DNA from: Alphaproteobacteria bacterium
Lineage (GTDB): Bacteria > Pseudomonadota > Alphaproteobacteria > RF32 > CAG-239
Length of the DNA: 64,000 nucleotides
Assembly: GCA_045630985.1 (NCBI GenBank)
Contig: JAZQTW010000015.1
Location: 10,706-74,705 of the forward strand
Direction of reading: 5' to 3'
In this document: positions 1 to 9,725 of the stretch, in pieces
Layout of the letters: the number at the start of each line of letters is the position of its first letter
Numbering within the stretch: the stretch's first letter is position 1
Notes under the pieces: model-generated
What the model saw: only the letters and a program-made list of their open reading frames with translations
Database searches by the model: none
Told to the model about the DNA's origin: nothing
Position numbers and translations under genes: made by a program

Positions 1-295
1 CACGACGTGCTTTTTCACGTGATAATACGATGTTGCCGTCTTTATCTTCGTATCTATCTACTAATACTTCTACAACATCACCAATTTTTAATTCGTTGTT
101 TTTACCGAATTCGCGAAGTGGAATACGGCCTTCAGATTTTAAGCCAACATCAACTGTTGCAAAGTCATCAGTTACACGAATAACAGTTCCTTTCATAACT
201 GCGCCAACGATACCTTTTTCGCCGAATTGTTCGTTTAAAAGGTCTTCAAAACTTTCAGTCATTTCAGGAAATTTAATTTCTGCAGTATTTGCCAT
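1..295 (-). CDS. rpsA: 30S ribosomal protein S1, 5' (N-terminal) portion; start codon at 293-295, gene continues past the left window edge
   Basis: Reverse-strand translation from ATG (complement 293-295) gives MANTAEIKFPEMTESFEDLLNEQFGEKGIVGAVMKGTVIRVTDDFATVDVGLKSEGRIPLREFGKNNELKIGDVVEVLVDRYEDKDGNIVLSREKARR, typical S1 N-terminal domain 1; no stop before position 1; the listed + ORF 30..401 is its antisense shadow. Confidence 0.8.
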   Translation of the reverse strand, partial: MANTAEIKFPEMTESFEDLLNEQFGEKGIVGAVMKGTVIRVTDDFATVDVGLKSEGRIPLREFGKNNELKIGDVVEVLVDRYEDKDGNIVLSREKARR

Positions 296-462
296 TATAT
301 TTTATATTTCAAAATTGCCAGACCCTCTATTTGAGGCGGACTTGCACAAGTTAAATATAACCCTTTATGTTGTGCCACATAAAGAATTATTGGACTTTTA
401 GACTCATATATCTAAAAAGTCAAGAAAAAAGTATGCAAAAATAGTGTTTTAAGGGTGATTTT

Positions 463-1224
463 TTATACTTTGTGAGGAAGGCGTTTGTATATAAAATCAC
501 TTATGCAGTTTGGAAGTATGCTTAAAGCCCATACAGCTAAGCGCATTGGCCAAGGAAAAACAATTAATCCAACGTTCTTTTGTATGCGTTTTGCTATAAG
601 TTCTGCAGCTGGTTCTGCTTCCATAAAAAATGGCATTGGGCAAGTGTTTTTATCTGTTATTCTTGAACGTATAAATCCTGGGCAAATCGTGTTTACTTGG
701 ATGTTGTATTCAAGTAGGTGTAGTCTTAAAGCTTCGCCATATGCTTTTACGCACGCCTTAGATGCACTGTATGAAGGGCATGCAGGAAGACCGTGGTATC
801 CTGCAATTGAAGCTGTTATTGCAATGATTTTATCTTTGTCTTTGCGTTTTTTATAGATTTCAACGGTTGGTGATATTGTGTTTATTACACCCATAACATT
901 TATGTTGAAAGTATTAAAAATATTTTCAGGAATTTCTTGAGTTGTAGCAACACCAGCGTTGGCAAAAACAAGATTTAAATACGCTGTATTTTCTGCTTCA
1001 TTTATCCAATTTGCTACATTTTCTTTGTTTGATACATCAAGTATTTTAGCGTGAATTTTTGCTTTAGAGATTTTTTCGCAAGAATTTTTTACATTGTTTA
1101 AACGTTCTTCATTTCTACCGCAAATGAATATGTTTTCTGTTTCTGGTTGTTTGGCGTAATATAAAGCTAAAGCCTCGCCAATACCAGAAGATGCGCCTGT
1201 AATTAAAATATTTTTGATAATCAT
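463..1224 (-). CDS. short-chain dehydrogenase/reductase (SDR) family oxidoreductase
   Basis: N-terminal TGASSGIG Rossmann motif, NAG motif, YxxxK (YSASKACVKAY) catalytic signature. Confidence 0.8.
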   Translation of the reverse strand: MIIKNILITGASSGIGEALALYYAKQPETENIFICGRNEERLNNVKNSCEKISKAKIHAKILDVSNKENVANWINEAENTAYLNLVFANAGVATTQEIPENIFNTFNINVMGVINTISPTVEIYKKRKDKDKIIAITASIAGYHGLPACPSYSASKACVKAYGEALRLHLLEYNIQVNTICPGFIRSRITDKNTCPMPFFMEAEPAAELIAKRIQKNVGLIVFPWPMRLAVWALSILPNCISDFIYKRLPHKV

Positions 1225-1315
1225 GGTGTAATCCTTAAAATAAAACTTTATTTATATGTTTTTTGTTATATATTAAAATAAGATTTTGTAAAGCAGAATA
1301 GTGTAGAGGTGTAAA

Positions 1316-1957
1316 ATGGGAAGTATAAATATTCAAAAACAAGGTACAATGTTTATTTTTTCAGCTCCTAGCGGTGGTGGAAAAAGTTCTGTTATTAGAC
1401 GTATTTTAGAAGAAGTTGATGATATTGAATTATCTGTTTCTGTTACAACTCGTGGTATGAGAGAGGGTGAAGTTGATGGAAAAGATTATTACTTTATTAG
1501 CGAAGAAGAGTTTAAGAAATTAGTAAAAGATGGTGCTTTGTATGAATATGTAGATTCCGATTTTGGTCCTAAATATGGTACACCTAAAGAAAAGATTGAT
1601 AGATTGTTATGTGAAGGAAAAGATGTTATTCTTGATTTGGATTATCCTGGTGTACAACAATTGCGTAAACTAGCTGGTGATAGAGTTAAAGCTATTTCGT
1701 TTATTCCACCTTCTGTTAGAGTTTTAAGAGAGCGTTTGGTTAATAGGGGAACAGATTCAATGGAAGTAATTGAACGCAGAATGAGTATGGCAGAAAAAAG
1801 AATTAAAGAATGTGAATTTTATGATTATATTGTTGTGAATGATGATATAGATGAAGTTGTTCCTCAAGTTAAAGCAATTATTTTAGCGGCTCGTTCTGAG
1901 AAGAGAAATTTATGCGGTTTGAATGAAACAGTTGAGCAAATTTTGAAAGATAAATAG
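1316..1957 (+). CDS. gmk: guanylate kinase
   Basis: P-loop SAPSGGGKSS, VSVTTRGMREGEVDGKDYYFIS guanylate-kinase signature. Confidence 0.85.
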   Translation: MGSINIQKQGTMFIFSAPSGGGKSSVIRRILEEVDDIELSVSVTTRGMREGEVDGKDYYFISEEEFKKLVKDGALYEYVDSDFGPKYGTPKEKIDRLLCEGKDVILDLDYPGVQQLRKLAGDRVKAISFIPPSVRVLRERLVNRGTDSMEVIERRMSMAEKRIKECEFYDYIVVNDDIDEVVPQVKAIILAARSEKRNLCGLNETVEQILKDK

Positions 1958-2881
1958 ATGGAAAAAATCTATAATTCAATTTCTGAGCTTGTTGGGCATA
2001 CTCCTTTAGTTAGATTGGGGCGTTTGACTACAAAACTGCGTTTGAATGCCGAGATTTTGGTTAAATGTGAAATGTATAACCCCATGTTTTCTGTTAAAGA
2101 TAGAGTTGCTTTGTCTATGATTGAAAAAGCAGAAAAAAATGGAATATCTAGAGATACTATATTTGTTGAGGCAACTTCTGGTAATACGGGTATTGGGTTA
2201 GCAGGAGTTTGTGCAGCAAAAGGGTATAAACTTATTATTGTTATGCCTGAAAATATGTCTAAGGAAAGGATAGATTTAATTAAACATTTTGGAGCAGAAG
2301 TAATTTTAACGCCAGCCGAAGATGGTATGAATGGAGCTATTCATAAAGCAGAACTTCTGAAAGAACGAAATCCTAATGTTGTTATGTTGAAGCAATTTGA
2401 AAATGATGCAAATGTTAATGCTCATAAAATGGGGACAGCAATGGAGATTTTGGAAGATACAGGTGGTGATTTTGATGTTTTTGTTGCAGGGGTTGGTACA
2501 AGTGGAACAATAACAGGAGTTTCTTCTGTGTTAAAAACATATAATCAAGATTTGTATGTGGTTGCTGTTGAACCAGAGAGTAGTGCTGTTTTAAGTGGAA
2601 AAGAAAAAGGTTGTCATAAAATACAAGGAATTGGAGCGGGTTTTGTGCCTAATTTTTATGATAACAATTTAGTTGATGAGATTATAAGAATAAGTGATGA
2701 AGAGGCTATTGATACAGCAAAATTGGTTGCTAAAACAGAGGGCTTGGCGATTGGTATTTCTGGTGGTGCTGCAGTTTGTGGTGCTATTAAGATAGCTCAA
2801 AGAGAAGACTTTACAAATAAAAGATTAGTTGTTATTTTGCCAGATAGTGTTGAGAGATATTTATCAACGGGTGTTTTTTAG
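1958..2881 (+). CDS. cysK: cysteine synthase A (O-acetylserine sulfhydrylase), PLP-dependent
   Basis: ELVGHTPLVRL..., PLP-lysine motif SVKDRVA, TSGNTGIGLA, GxGTSGTITG glycine loop; starts at stop of gmk (ATG overlapping TAG). Confidence 0.85.
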   Translation: MEKIYNSISELVGHTPLVRLGRLTTKLRLNAEILVKCEMYNPMFSVKDRVALSMIEKAEKNGISRDTIFVEATSGNTGIGLAGVCAAKGYKLIIVMPENMSKERIDLIKHFGAEVILTPAEDGMNGAIHKAELLKERNPNVVMLKQFENDANVNAHKMGTAMEILEDTGGDFDVFVAGVGTSGTITGVSSVLKTYNQDLYVVAVEPESSAVLSGKEKGCHKIQGIGAGFVPNFYDNNLVDEIIRISDEEAIDTAKLVAKTEGLAIGISGGAAVCGAIKIAQREDFTNKRLVVILPDSVERYLSTGVF

Positions 2882-2893
2882 GATTTTAGAACT

Positions 2894-4000
2894 ATGATGA
2901 AACCAAATTCAATTTTAGGCTCTTATTTGATAAAGCAAACTGTTTTGAGTTTTTTGAGTGTGTTGATGGTGATTTGTGCAATTATCATGATGTTTGATAT
3001 GATAGAGATTTTGCGCAAAACCTCTGGTAGATATGATGTTAGTATTTGGTTTTTGATTCAGTATGTTATAGCAAAATTGCCTGAAACAGTTGATAAAATT
3101 GTTCCTTTTGTGGTTATGATTTCTACAATGATTACATTTTGGCGCTTAAGTAAAATGAATGAATTTGTTATTATCAGAGCTGCAGGTGTTTCTATATGGG
3201 GAGTTCTAACACCTGTGTTGTTAGCTGTTTTTTCAATAGGATTGTTTTGGATTATGGTGGTTAATCCTTTTTCTTCAAGAATGTATGAATTGCGTGAAAC
3301 ATTATCTTATAGACTTAAAACAAATAATCCTGATGCGTTTTTGTTTTCTAATAAGGGGTTGTGGATTAGAGAAAGTTTGAAACCCGATGTTGTTTCCGTA
3401 ATAAATACAGGTGCTATAAATCTTAAAGATGATGTTTTGTGGTTGCAGGATGTTAGCATTATAGAAGTAGATGAAAAGATGCAAGTTACAAGAAGAGTAG
3501 AGGCGTTTATTGGTACATTAGGTAATGATGAATTAGATTTAAGGGATGTTAGAGTTTATAAATCTGGTCAAAAAGCTGAAATTATTAATAATATGAAATA
3601 TCCAACAAAGATGAGCTTGCAACGTATTAAGGATAACTTTGTTGATCCTGAAGCTATATCCTTTTGGAATTTGCCTGATACAATAGAATTTTATAAAGCG
3701 TCAGGGTTTTCTGTTCAAAGATATTTGATGCGATATATTAGCTTGATTGCTTTACCTTTTATGCTTATGGCAATGGTTTTGGTTGCAGGCATTTTCTCTT
3801 TGAAACCAAGTCAAAGACAAGGTGGTGTGTTAACTATGATAGTTTTTGGTATAGCAACTGGTTTTACTGTATACTTTACCTCGCAAGTTATATCAGCTTT
3901 TGGTGTAAATGCGTATATCCCAATATGGTTTGCGGTTTGGGCTCCAACTATTGTGGTTGCATCTATTAGTGTTTCTTACTATCTAAATAAAGAAGAATAG
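2894..4000 (+). CDS. LptF/LptG (YjgP/YjgQ) family LPS-export permease
   Basis: ~360 aa, N-terminal TM cluster, central periplasmic region, C-terminal TM cluster; family-typical N-terminus (YLxKQ...). Confidence 0.7.
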   Translation: MMKPNSILGSYLIKQTVLSFLSVLMVICAIIMMFDMIEILRKTSGRYDVSIWFLIQYVIAKLPETVDKIVPFVVMISTMITFWRLSKMNEFVIIRAAGVSIWGVLTPVLLAVFSIGLFWIMVVNPFSSRMYELRETLSYRLKTNNPDAFLFSNKGLWIRESLKPDVVSVINTGAINLKDDVLWLQDVSIIEVDEKMQVTRRVEAFIGTLGNDELDLRDVRVYKSGQKAEIINNMKYPTKMSLQRIKDNFVDPEAISFWNLPDTIEFYKASGFSVQRYLMRYISLIALPFMLMAMVLVAGIFSLKPSQRQGGVLTMIVFGIATGFTVYFTSQVISAFGVNAYIPIWFAVWAPTIVVASISVSYYLNKEE

Positions 4001-4435
4001 TTAAAATATAGAGATTATTTCTGCAGGTATTTTGGTTGGACGCATAGTTTCTAAGCTTAGAAATACTAAGGTTACTTCTATTTCAGATAACACGGTATCG
4101 CCACGATATAGTTTTTGTTCCATTTTTAATGAAACACCTTTTAATTCTGTTACTTTGCATGTTATGTTTAGTGCATCATCTAATTTTGCTGGTGATTTAT
4201 AGCTAATATGGCATTCTCTAACAACAAATCCGGCGCCTATATTTTTTAGCATGTTTTCTTGGCTAAATCCTAGATGACGAAGAAATTCTGTTCTAGCTCT
4301 TTCAGCAAATTTTAGATAGTTTGCATAATATACAATTCCTCCGGCATCTGTATCTTCATAGTAAACACGAATCGGAAAAGAAAATGTTTTATCATCAAAT
4401 AATTTACCTGTTATTGTATTTGTTTCATATGTCAT
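4001..4435 (-). CDS. ybgC: YbgC/FadM-family acyl-CoA thioesterase (tol-pal associated)
   Basis: hotdog-fold thioesterase N-terminus (RVYYEDTDAGGIVYYANYLKFAERARTEFL); position directly downstream of ruvB as in many alphaproteobacteria. Confidence 0.75.
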   Translation of the reverse strand: MTYETNTITGKLFDDKTFSFPIRVYYEDTDAGGIVYYANYLKFAERARTEFLRHLGFSQENMLKNIGAGFVVRECHISYKSPAKLDDALNITCKVTELKGVSLKMEQKLYRGDTVLSEIEVTLVFLSLETMRPTKIPAEIISIF

Positions 4436-4438
4436 AGC

Positions 4439-5494
4439 TTAAAATCCTAAATCTTCCATAAAACTAAATTGGTTGTTATCATTTTTAAATTTACTAACTC
4501 CAAGATATTTACATCCTTGTTCTGATAAAACACGTCCACGCGGTGTTCTTTGTAAAAATCCTAGTTTTAGTAAATATGGTTCAATTACTTCTTCTATTGT
4601 ATCTCGTTCTTCTGAAAGAGCTGCTGCCAGTGTATCAGCTCCAACAGGACCACCACCATAGTTTTTAGCGATACAATTTAGGTAACGGCGGTCAAATTCA
4701 TCTAAACCATAAGGGTCTACATCTAATAGGCTTAGTGCTTTATCTGCTATTGTAGAATCTATTTGTACGTTACCTGCAACAGCACCGAAGTCCCTTACTC
4801 TTTTTAATAATCTTCCTGCAATACGAGGGGTTCCGCGTGAACGCTTAGCAATTTCCATTGCGCCATCTTGAGATATTGGCATGTTTAATAAATTTGCACC
4901 GCGTAGAACTATTTTTTGTAAGTCTTCATGATTATAAAAATCCATGCGTAGAGGAATACCAAAACGTTCTCTTAGAGGTGTTGAAACAAGACCTGAGCGA
5001 GTTGTTGCACCAACAAGAGTAAAAGGTTGTAAATCTATTTTTACTGAACGAGCAGAAGGTCCTTCACCGATAATTATATCTAATTGAAAGTCTTCCATGG
5101 CAGAATATAAAACTTCTTCTATGGCAGGGTTTAAGCGGTGTATTTCATCTATAAATAAAACATCTTTTGCTTCAAGATTTGTTAATATGGCGGCCAAATC
5201 TCCAGATTTGGTAATCATTGGGGCAGAGGTTGCTTTAAATCCTACACCTAACTCTTTTGAGATAATGTTTGATAGAGTTGTTTTACCTAATCCTGGAGGG
5301 CCATATAAAAGTACGTGGTCTAAAACTTCTCCTCTACTTTTAGCAGATTCTATAAATACTTTTAGATTTTGGCATACTTTATCTTGGCCAACAAATTCAT
5401 CAAGACTAGATGGTCTGAGATTTATAGCAATAGGAGAGTTATTTTCATCTGTTGATAGTATTTGTGAGCTAACTATTCTTTCTTTATTTTCCAT
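4439..5494 (-). CDS. ruvB: Holliday junction branch-migration helicase RuvB
   Basis: [12 protein letters not shown], Walker [10 protein letters not shown], Walker [10 protein letters not shown], sensor and winged-helix regions conserved. Confidence 0.95.
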   Translation of the reverse strand: MENKERIVSSQILSTDENNSPIAINLRPSSLDEFVGQDKVCQNLKVFIESAKSRGEVLDHVLLYGPPGLGKTTLSNIISKELGVGFKATSAPMITKSGDLAAILTNLEAKDVLFIDEIHRLNPAIEEVLYSAMEDFQLDIIIGEGPSARSVKIDLQPFTLVGATTRSGLVSTPLRERFGIPLRMDFYNHEDLQKIVLRGANLLNMPISQDGAMEIAKRSRGTPRIAGRLLKRVRDFGAVAGNVQIDSTIADKALSLLDVDPYGLDEFDRRYLNCIAKNYGGGPVGADTLAAALSEERDTIEEVIEPYLLKLGFLQRTPRGRVLSEQGCKYLGVSKFKNDNNQFSFMEDLGF

Positions 5495-5502
5495 TTTTCC
5501 TC

Positions 5503-6162
5503 CTATTGATTAAATTCTTTAAGAGATAATCTTATCAATGTACCTAAATCTGCTGTTGGATTTTTTAGGCAAATTTCTGAGGCAACTCGGTATGCGTCTG
5601 TTCTTTGATATCCGAGATTAGTTAAAGCAGAAGTTACATCTTCTGTTTTTTGATAAATTTCATCATCTGTATCTGAAACTGTATTTTGAGGAGTAGGTTG
5701 TTTGGTTGGTGTTTTATCTTCTATATCAGATAATTCTGCTCCAGACATATATTCTATAGGGATTGTTACAATTTTATCTTTTAATTCTGTAACAAGTCTT
5801 GCGGCTAGTTTTGGACCAACACCAGATGCTCTTAAAAATGAACTTTTATCTTGTGCTGATACTGCTTGAGATAGTTGTGCAGGAGATAAAACACTTAATA
5901 TACTTAAACAAACTTTTCCGCCAACACCTTGTATTTTTGTGAGAGTGTTGAACCATTCTTTTTCCCATGCATTTTGAAAACCAAAAAGGGTGATACTATC
6001 TTCTTTTATAACAGTTTCTATTAATAAGGAAGAATATTCTCCTTGTTTTAGTTTAGAAAGTGAGCGAGAAGACATGTAAACAAGATAGCCAACGCCATTA
6101 ACATCTATTATTGCACAGTCTTCGCCAATGTTATCTATAATTCCTTTTAGTTTTGCAATCAT
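5503..6162 (-). CDS. ruvA: Holliday junction DNA-binding protein RuvA
   Basis: [29 protein letters not shown]-terminus, helix-hairpin-helix [10 protein letters not shown]; immediately upstream of ruvB. Confidence 0.9.
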   Translation of the reverse strand: MIAKLKGIIDNIGEDCAIIDVNGVGYLVYMSSRSLSKLKQGEYSSLLIETVIKEDSITLFGFQNAWEKEWFNTLTKIQGVGGKVCLSILSVLSPAQLSQAVSAQDKSSFLRASGVGPKLAARLVTELKDKIVTIPIEYMSGAELSDIEDKTPTKQPTPQNTVSDTDDEIYQKTEDVTSALTNLGYQRTDAYRVASEICLKNPTADLGTLIRLSLKEFNQ

Positions 6163-6304
6163 AATACAATCCTTTTGTTGTTATGGTAAGAGTTTATAGG
6201 TGTTTGCTTTAGTCTTCAAGCGTTTTTTTATTTAGCACCCCTTTTTTTAGCCAAATTAAGGGTTATATCCGAAAGGTGTTTAATATAGCTAAAGGATTAA
6301 AGCG

Positions 6305-7450
6305 ATGATAAATTTAAAAACAGCGTTATTTGTTGCGTGTAGTGTATTGAGTGTTTCTAATGCGTATGCAAAAGATTTGGGTTTTTCTTATCAAGATTTT
6401 AAAAACAGTTTGAATAAAAAATATGGTTTTGATTATAGCATTGATGCTTCTGTTTTAGGGCAAAGAACTAGCCCTAGTGGAAAAAACAATGCTGTTCAAA
6501 CGTATATCTATCCATCATTTACGTGGACACTATCTGATGGTTCTAGAGGAATAGGCGTGTTGAATTTTGCTTATACCGTTATAAGATATGGAAATCATAA
6601 TGCTAATGATTTGGCAAACAATTCTGGTTTTGTTACACCTATAAATGATTACCCAGATAATGAAAATGAATTTAATGAATTGTATTATACGTATCAATTT
6701 GGAGGAAATTGGAATTGGTTAACATTAGCGCTTGGTCAGTTTCCTCTTTATAATTTTGATGGTACAGATTATGATGCAAATCAGCAGGTGAATTTTATAA
6801 ATGAATCTTTTTCGCAAAATGCTTCTGAAACATATACACAAGCAGGTCTTGGTGCATATGTTCAAATTACACCTAATGAGGAGTGGAGCTTTGCTTTTGG
6901 TGGACAAGATGGTACAAATATAGATGCTCAAAGTATAAGGTTTAATCATCTAAATAAGGAGCATTATACAACGTTTGGATATGTTGCATATACTCCAATA
7001 ATAAAAGGTTTGGGAGAGGCAGAAATCTCTGTTTTGGTCTATAATCAACCTTGGGTAAAAGAGCAACAGGAAACGACTAATGGTTGGTCGTTAAATTTAT
7101 CTCAAAATATTGGTGAAAAATGGTCAGTTTTTGCAAGAATTAACGAAACAAGCGGAAGTGTTGCGGAGATAAGGCAATCATGGGTGTTTGGTGGTGTTTG
7201 GAATAATCCTTTAGGGCGCAATAATTTAGACCAAATTGGTTTGGCGTATGCATATAATAAATTAGATGAAAAAGCTGTAGGAGAAAAGCTTAATCATAAA
7301 GCAGAGCAAGTTATTGAAGCATATTGGGCTTGGGGTGTTGGTGATATGCTAACGATTACTCCTGATGTACAGTTATATATAAATCCTGCGCTTAATCAGA
7401 AATCTGATTATGGGTTTGCAACAGGGGTTAGAGCAACAGTGTTTTTCTAG
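6305..7450 (+). CDS. outer-membrane beta-barrel protein / putative porin with signal peptide
   Basis: Sec signal peptide (…SVSNAYA|KD), alternating amphipathic beta-strand pattern, C-terminal aromatic residue (…RATVFF) typical of OMPs. Confidence 0.55.
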   Translation: MINLKTALFVACSVLSVSNAYAKDLGFSYQDFKNSLNKKYGFDYSIDASVLGQRTSPSGKNNAVQTYIYPSFTWTLSDGSRGIGVLNFAYTVIRYGNHNANDLANNSGFVTPINDYPDNENEFNELYYTYQFGGNWNWLTLALGQFPLYNFDGTDYDANQQVNFINESFSQNASETYTQAGLGAYVQITPNEEWSFAFGGQDGTNIDAQSIRFNHLNKEHYTTFGYVAYTPIIKGLGEAEISVLVYNQPWVKEQQETTNGWSLNLSQNIGEKWSVFARINETSGSVAEIRQSWVFGGVWNNPLGRNNLDQIGLAYAYNKLDEKAVGEKLNHKAEQVIEAYWAWGVGDMLTITPDVQLYINPALNQKSDYGFATGVRATVFF

Positions 7451-7632
7451 GAAATATTTGTAATTGCCACTCATTTGATAAAAATTTTAAATACATTGTT
7501 TAAATACGGTGTATAAAAAACTAACATACAAAAAATGCATTTTTCTTTGTGTATTAGTTTATTTTATTGATGTTTATTACATAAAATAGCAGTAATATTC
7601 GTTGGAAATATTTTGTAGAGGTTATAATAAAA

Positions 7633-8163
7633 ATGCGAAAATTACTGCTATTAGTTTTGTTATTTGTAATTACAGCTTGTCAATCTAAGCAAGTTTTTGT
7701 GCCTGCTGTTGTGCACAACGTTAATACAACGCAAGAAGTGATTGTAGAAAAGGCTCACTTGCCAATTATTGGAGAAGTAGAACCTATTTATTTTTTACCA
7801 ATGAAGTCTCCTTTTTATGCAAGAATAGATACTGGTGCAACAACATCTTCGCTTGATTGTGCTGATGTTGTTTATTTTGAGCGAGATGGTGAAAAATGGG
7901 TATCTTTTAAGCTAAAAAATCGTAAGACTGGCGAAGAACATGTGTTTGAGAAAAAGATTGAAAGAACTTTTAGGGTGAGACGTATTGGTAATGACGAAAG
8001 TCGTAAAGCTGTTAAGATGGATGTAAAAATGGGAAATGAGGTATTTAGTGCTACATTTTCTATTGCAGACAGACAAGGGTTTGATTATCAAGGTTTAATT
8101 GGTAGAAATGTTTTAACAGGGCGCTTTATTGTAGATACATCTACATCTCATACTTTGGACTAA
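7633..8163 (+). CDS. lipoprotein, retropepsin-like aspartic peptidase domain (DUF785 / 'ATP-dependent zinc protease' family that accompanies RimK-like ligases)
   Basis: lipobox LFVITAC; D-T-G-A motif in RIDTGATTSSL; size (176 aa) and gene neighbourhood (7TM-transglutaminase + ATP-grasp) match the described triad; RBS GAGG upstream. Confidence 0.6.
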   Translation: MRKLLLLVLLFVITACQSKQVFVPAVVHNVNTTQEVIVEKAHLPIIGEVEPIYFLPMKSPFYARIDTGATTSSLDCADVVYFERDGEKWVSFKLKNRKTGEEHVFEKKIERTFRVRRIGNDESRKAVKMDVKMGNEVFSATFSIADRQGFDYQGLIGRNVLTGRFIVDTSTSHTLD

Positions 8164-8179
8164 TAAGGAACTTTAAATA

Positions 8180-9724
8180 ATGAAAAACTGGGTTGGAAAA
8201 ATTTTTACTGTAAGAAAGGTGTTAAGCTTTTTTCTTTTGTTATCTATTGGGTTTGCTTGTTATAGTATAGACTACAAGATGAAATATTGGGGTTTTACTC
8301 TTTCTCCTAAGGTGTTGACTGATATTTGGGTCGTAGAGGCTAAGATATCTTTTGAAACAAATAATGAAAATGTAAAAGTTTCTCTAACTGTGCCAGATGA
8401 TAGACATGGTGGTTTTGATGTTTTGAGTGAAGAGGTTTTGGGTAAAGGTTATAAAATAACTCAAGATAAAGAAAATAGAAAAGTTATATTTGAAGGAAAT
8501 AATAAATCTGGCAAGCAAACATTATATTATCGATTAAATATTTATGATAGTTCTGAGGATAATGAGCTTGGTCAAGATAAGCCTAATAAGATAGAGCGTC
8601 CAGTTATGAGTGAGGAAGAAGCCTCTCAGATGAGAAAAGTTTGGGAACTTTCTGATATTCAAGATGGGAATAAGGTACAAAGGGTTATTAGAACAGTTAA
8701 TCAAGAGATGGTGAACCCTTCTATGAGTCTGATTTTGCCATTTAACTATTCTTCTAAAGAGTTTGCAGAAAAAATTATTCAAATTTTGGCGTTTAAGAAG
8801 ATTCCAGCACGTATTGTTAGAGCTTTGAAACTAGAAGAAGGTAAAAAGACTGAAAAGCTAGATATTATGGTTGAGGCTTTTTATGATGATAAGTGGACTT
8901 TGTATGACTTGAATACTGCTAATATTGGATTGCCAGAGAATTTTGTTGTTTTCCAAAGAGGTGGTGTTTCTTTGTTAGATGTTAGAGGTGGGGAAGATTC
9001 TAAAGTTAGATTTTCTGTGCTGAAATCTGTTGCAACTCCATTGAAGATGGCTGAACATAGAACAAAAAATAGCGGAAAAATTGCTAGATATAAATACTCT
9101 ATATATACATTGCCTGTTTTGGAGCAAAATACATTAAAGTGGTTGATGATTTTCCCGTTAGCTATTTTGATGGTGGTTATTATGCGTAATATTATTGGTG
9201 TTTCTACAATGGGAACATTTACACCAATGTTATTGGCTATGTCTTTGGTTAAAACTGGTTTTGTTTCTGGTTTGGTGTGTTTTTCTGTTATGATTTTACT
9301 AGGGTTAATTATGAGAGCAATGGTTGCGAAGCTAAATCTTTTGTTGGTTCCTAGAATTTCTTTTGTTGTGATCTTTGTTATTTTGTTAATTCAGCTACTA
9401 ACTATTATTGGTTATCGTATGAATTATGAGATTGTTAGCTCTGCTATTTTCTTCCCTATTATTATTACAGCTTGGATTATTGAAAGAGCATCTATTACAT
9501 GGGAAGAAGATGGAGCTATGAATACAATAAAAGAAATATTTAATACTCTTTTGACAGCTATTGTTACTTATTTTGTTATTAGTAATGAATATGTTCGTCA
9601 TGTTATGTTTGCATTTAATGAATTAAATATTGTTATAATGTTTATTGTGATGTTGCTTGGTACGTATACAGGGTATCGTTTGACAGAGTTGAAACGTTTT
9701 GCTCCTCTTATTAAAGGAAAATAA
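8180..9724 (+). CDS. membrane protein: N-terminal signal anchor, ~300-aa extracytoplasmic inactive-transglutaminase-like domain, C-terminal ~7 TM helices (7TM_transglut-type)
   Basis: hydrophobic N-terminus, long soluble region, then dense TM block WLMIFPLAIL...; RBS AAGGAA 8 nt before ATG; sits between the peptidase and ATP-grasp genes with 16-nt and 1-nt spacing. Confidence 0.55.
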   Translation: MKNWVGKIFTVRKVLSFFLLLSIGFACYSIDYKMKYWGFTLSPKVLTDIWVVEAKISFETNNENVKVSLTVPDDRHGGFDVLSEEVLGKGYKITQDKENRKVIFEGNNKSGKQTLYYRLNIYDSSEDNELGQDKPNKIERPVMSEEEASQMRKVWELSDIQDGNKVQRVIRTVNQEMVNPSMSLILPFNYSSKEFAEKIIQILAFKKIPARIVRALKLEEGKKTEKLDIMVEAFYDDKWTLYDLNTANIGLPENFVVFQRGGVSLLDVRGGEDSKVRFSVLKSVATPLKMAEHRTKNSGKIARYKYSIYTLPVLEQNTLKWLMIFPLAILMVVIMRNIIGVSTMGTFTPMLLAMSLVKTGFVSGLVCFSVMILLGLIMRAMVAKLNLLLVPRISFVVIFVILLIQLLTIIGYRMNYEIVSSAIFFPIIITAWIIERASITWEEDGAMNTIKEIFNTLLTAIVTYFVISNEYVRHVMFAFNELNIVIMFIVMLLGTYTGYRLTELKRFAPLIKGK

Positions 9725-9725
9725 G

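Noticed and set aside
30-401. + strand ORF 30..401 (123 aa)
   Set aside because: Antisense shadow of rpsA; the minus-strand translation is an unmistakable S1 N-terminus, while the + product is low-complexity (S/T/L-rich).
485-856. ORFs antisense to the SDR gene, and similar antisense ORFs inside lptF/G, ruvB, ruvA, porin, 7TM, ATP-grasp, yebC, DEAD-like, rarA, asmA, trxB, ychF, pssA, antiporter, SBP, RR, rsmE, patatin, CaCA, ELM1-like genes (e.g. 3302..3484, 4473..4661, 5097..5513, 6725..6949, 8534..8782, 9398..9601, 10146..10370, 12361..12612, 20416..20661, 20983..21198, 21556..21939, 23500..23718, 29422..29622, 30328..30576, 35095..35523, 40817..41059, 41202..41755, 57508..58272, 62854..63117)
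   Set aside because: Each is fully embedded in a longer ORF on the opposite strand with clear family signatures; products are low-complexity.
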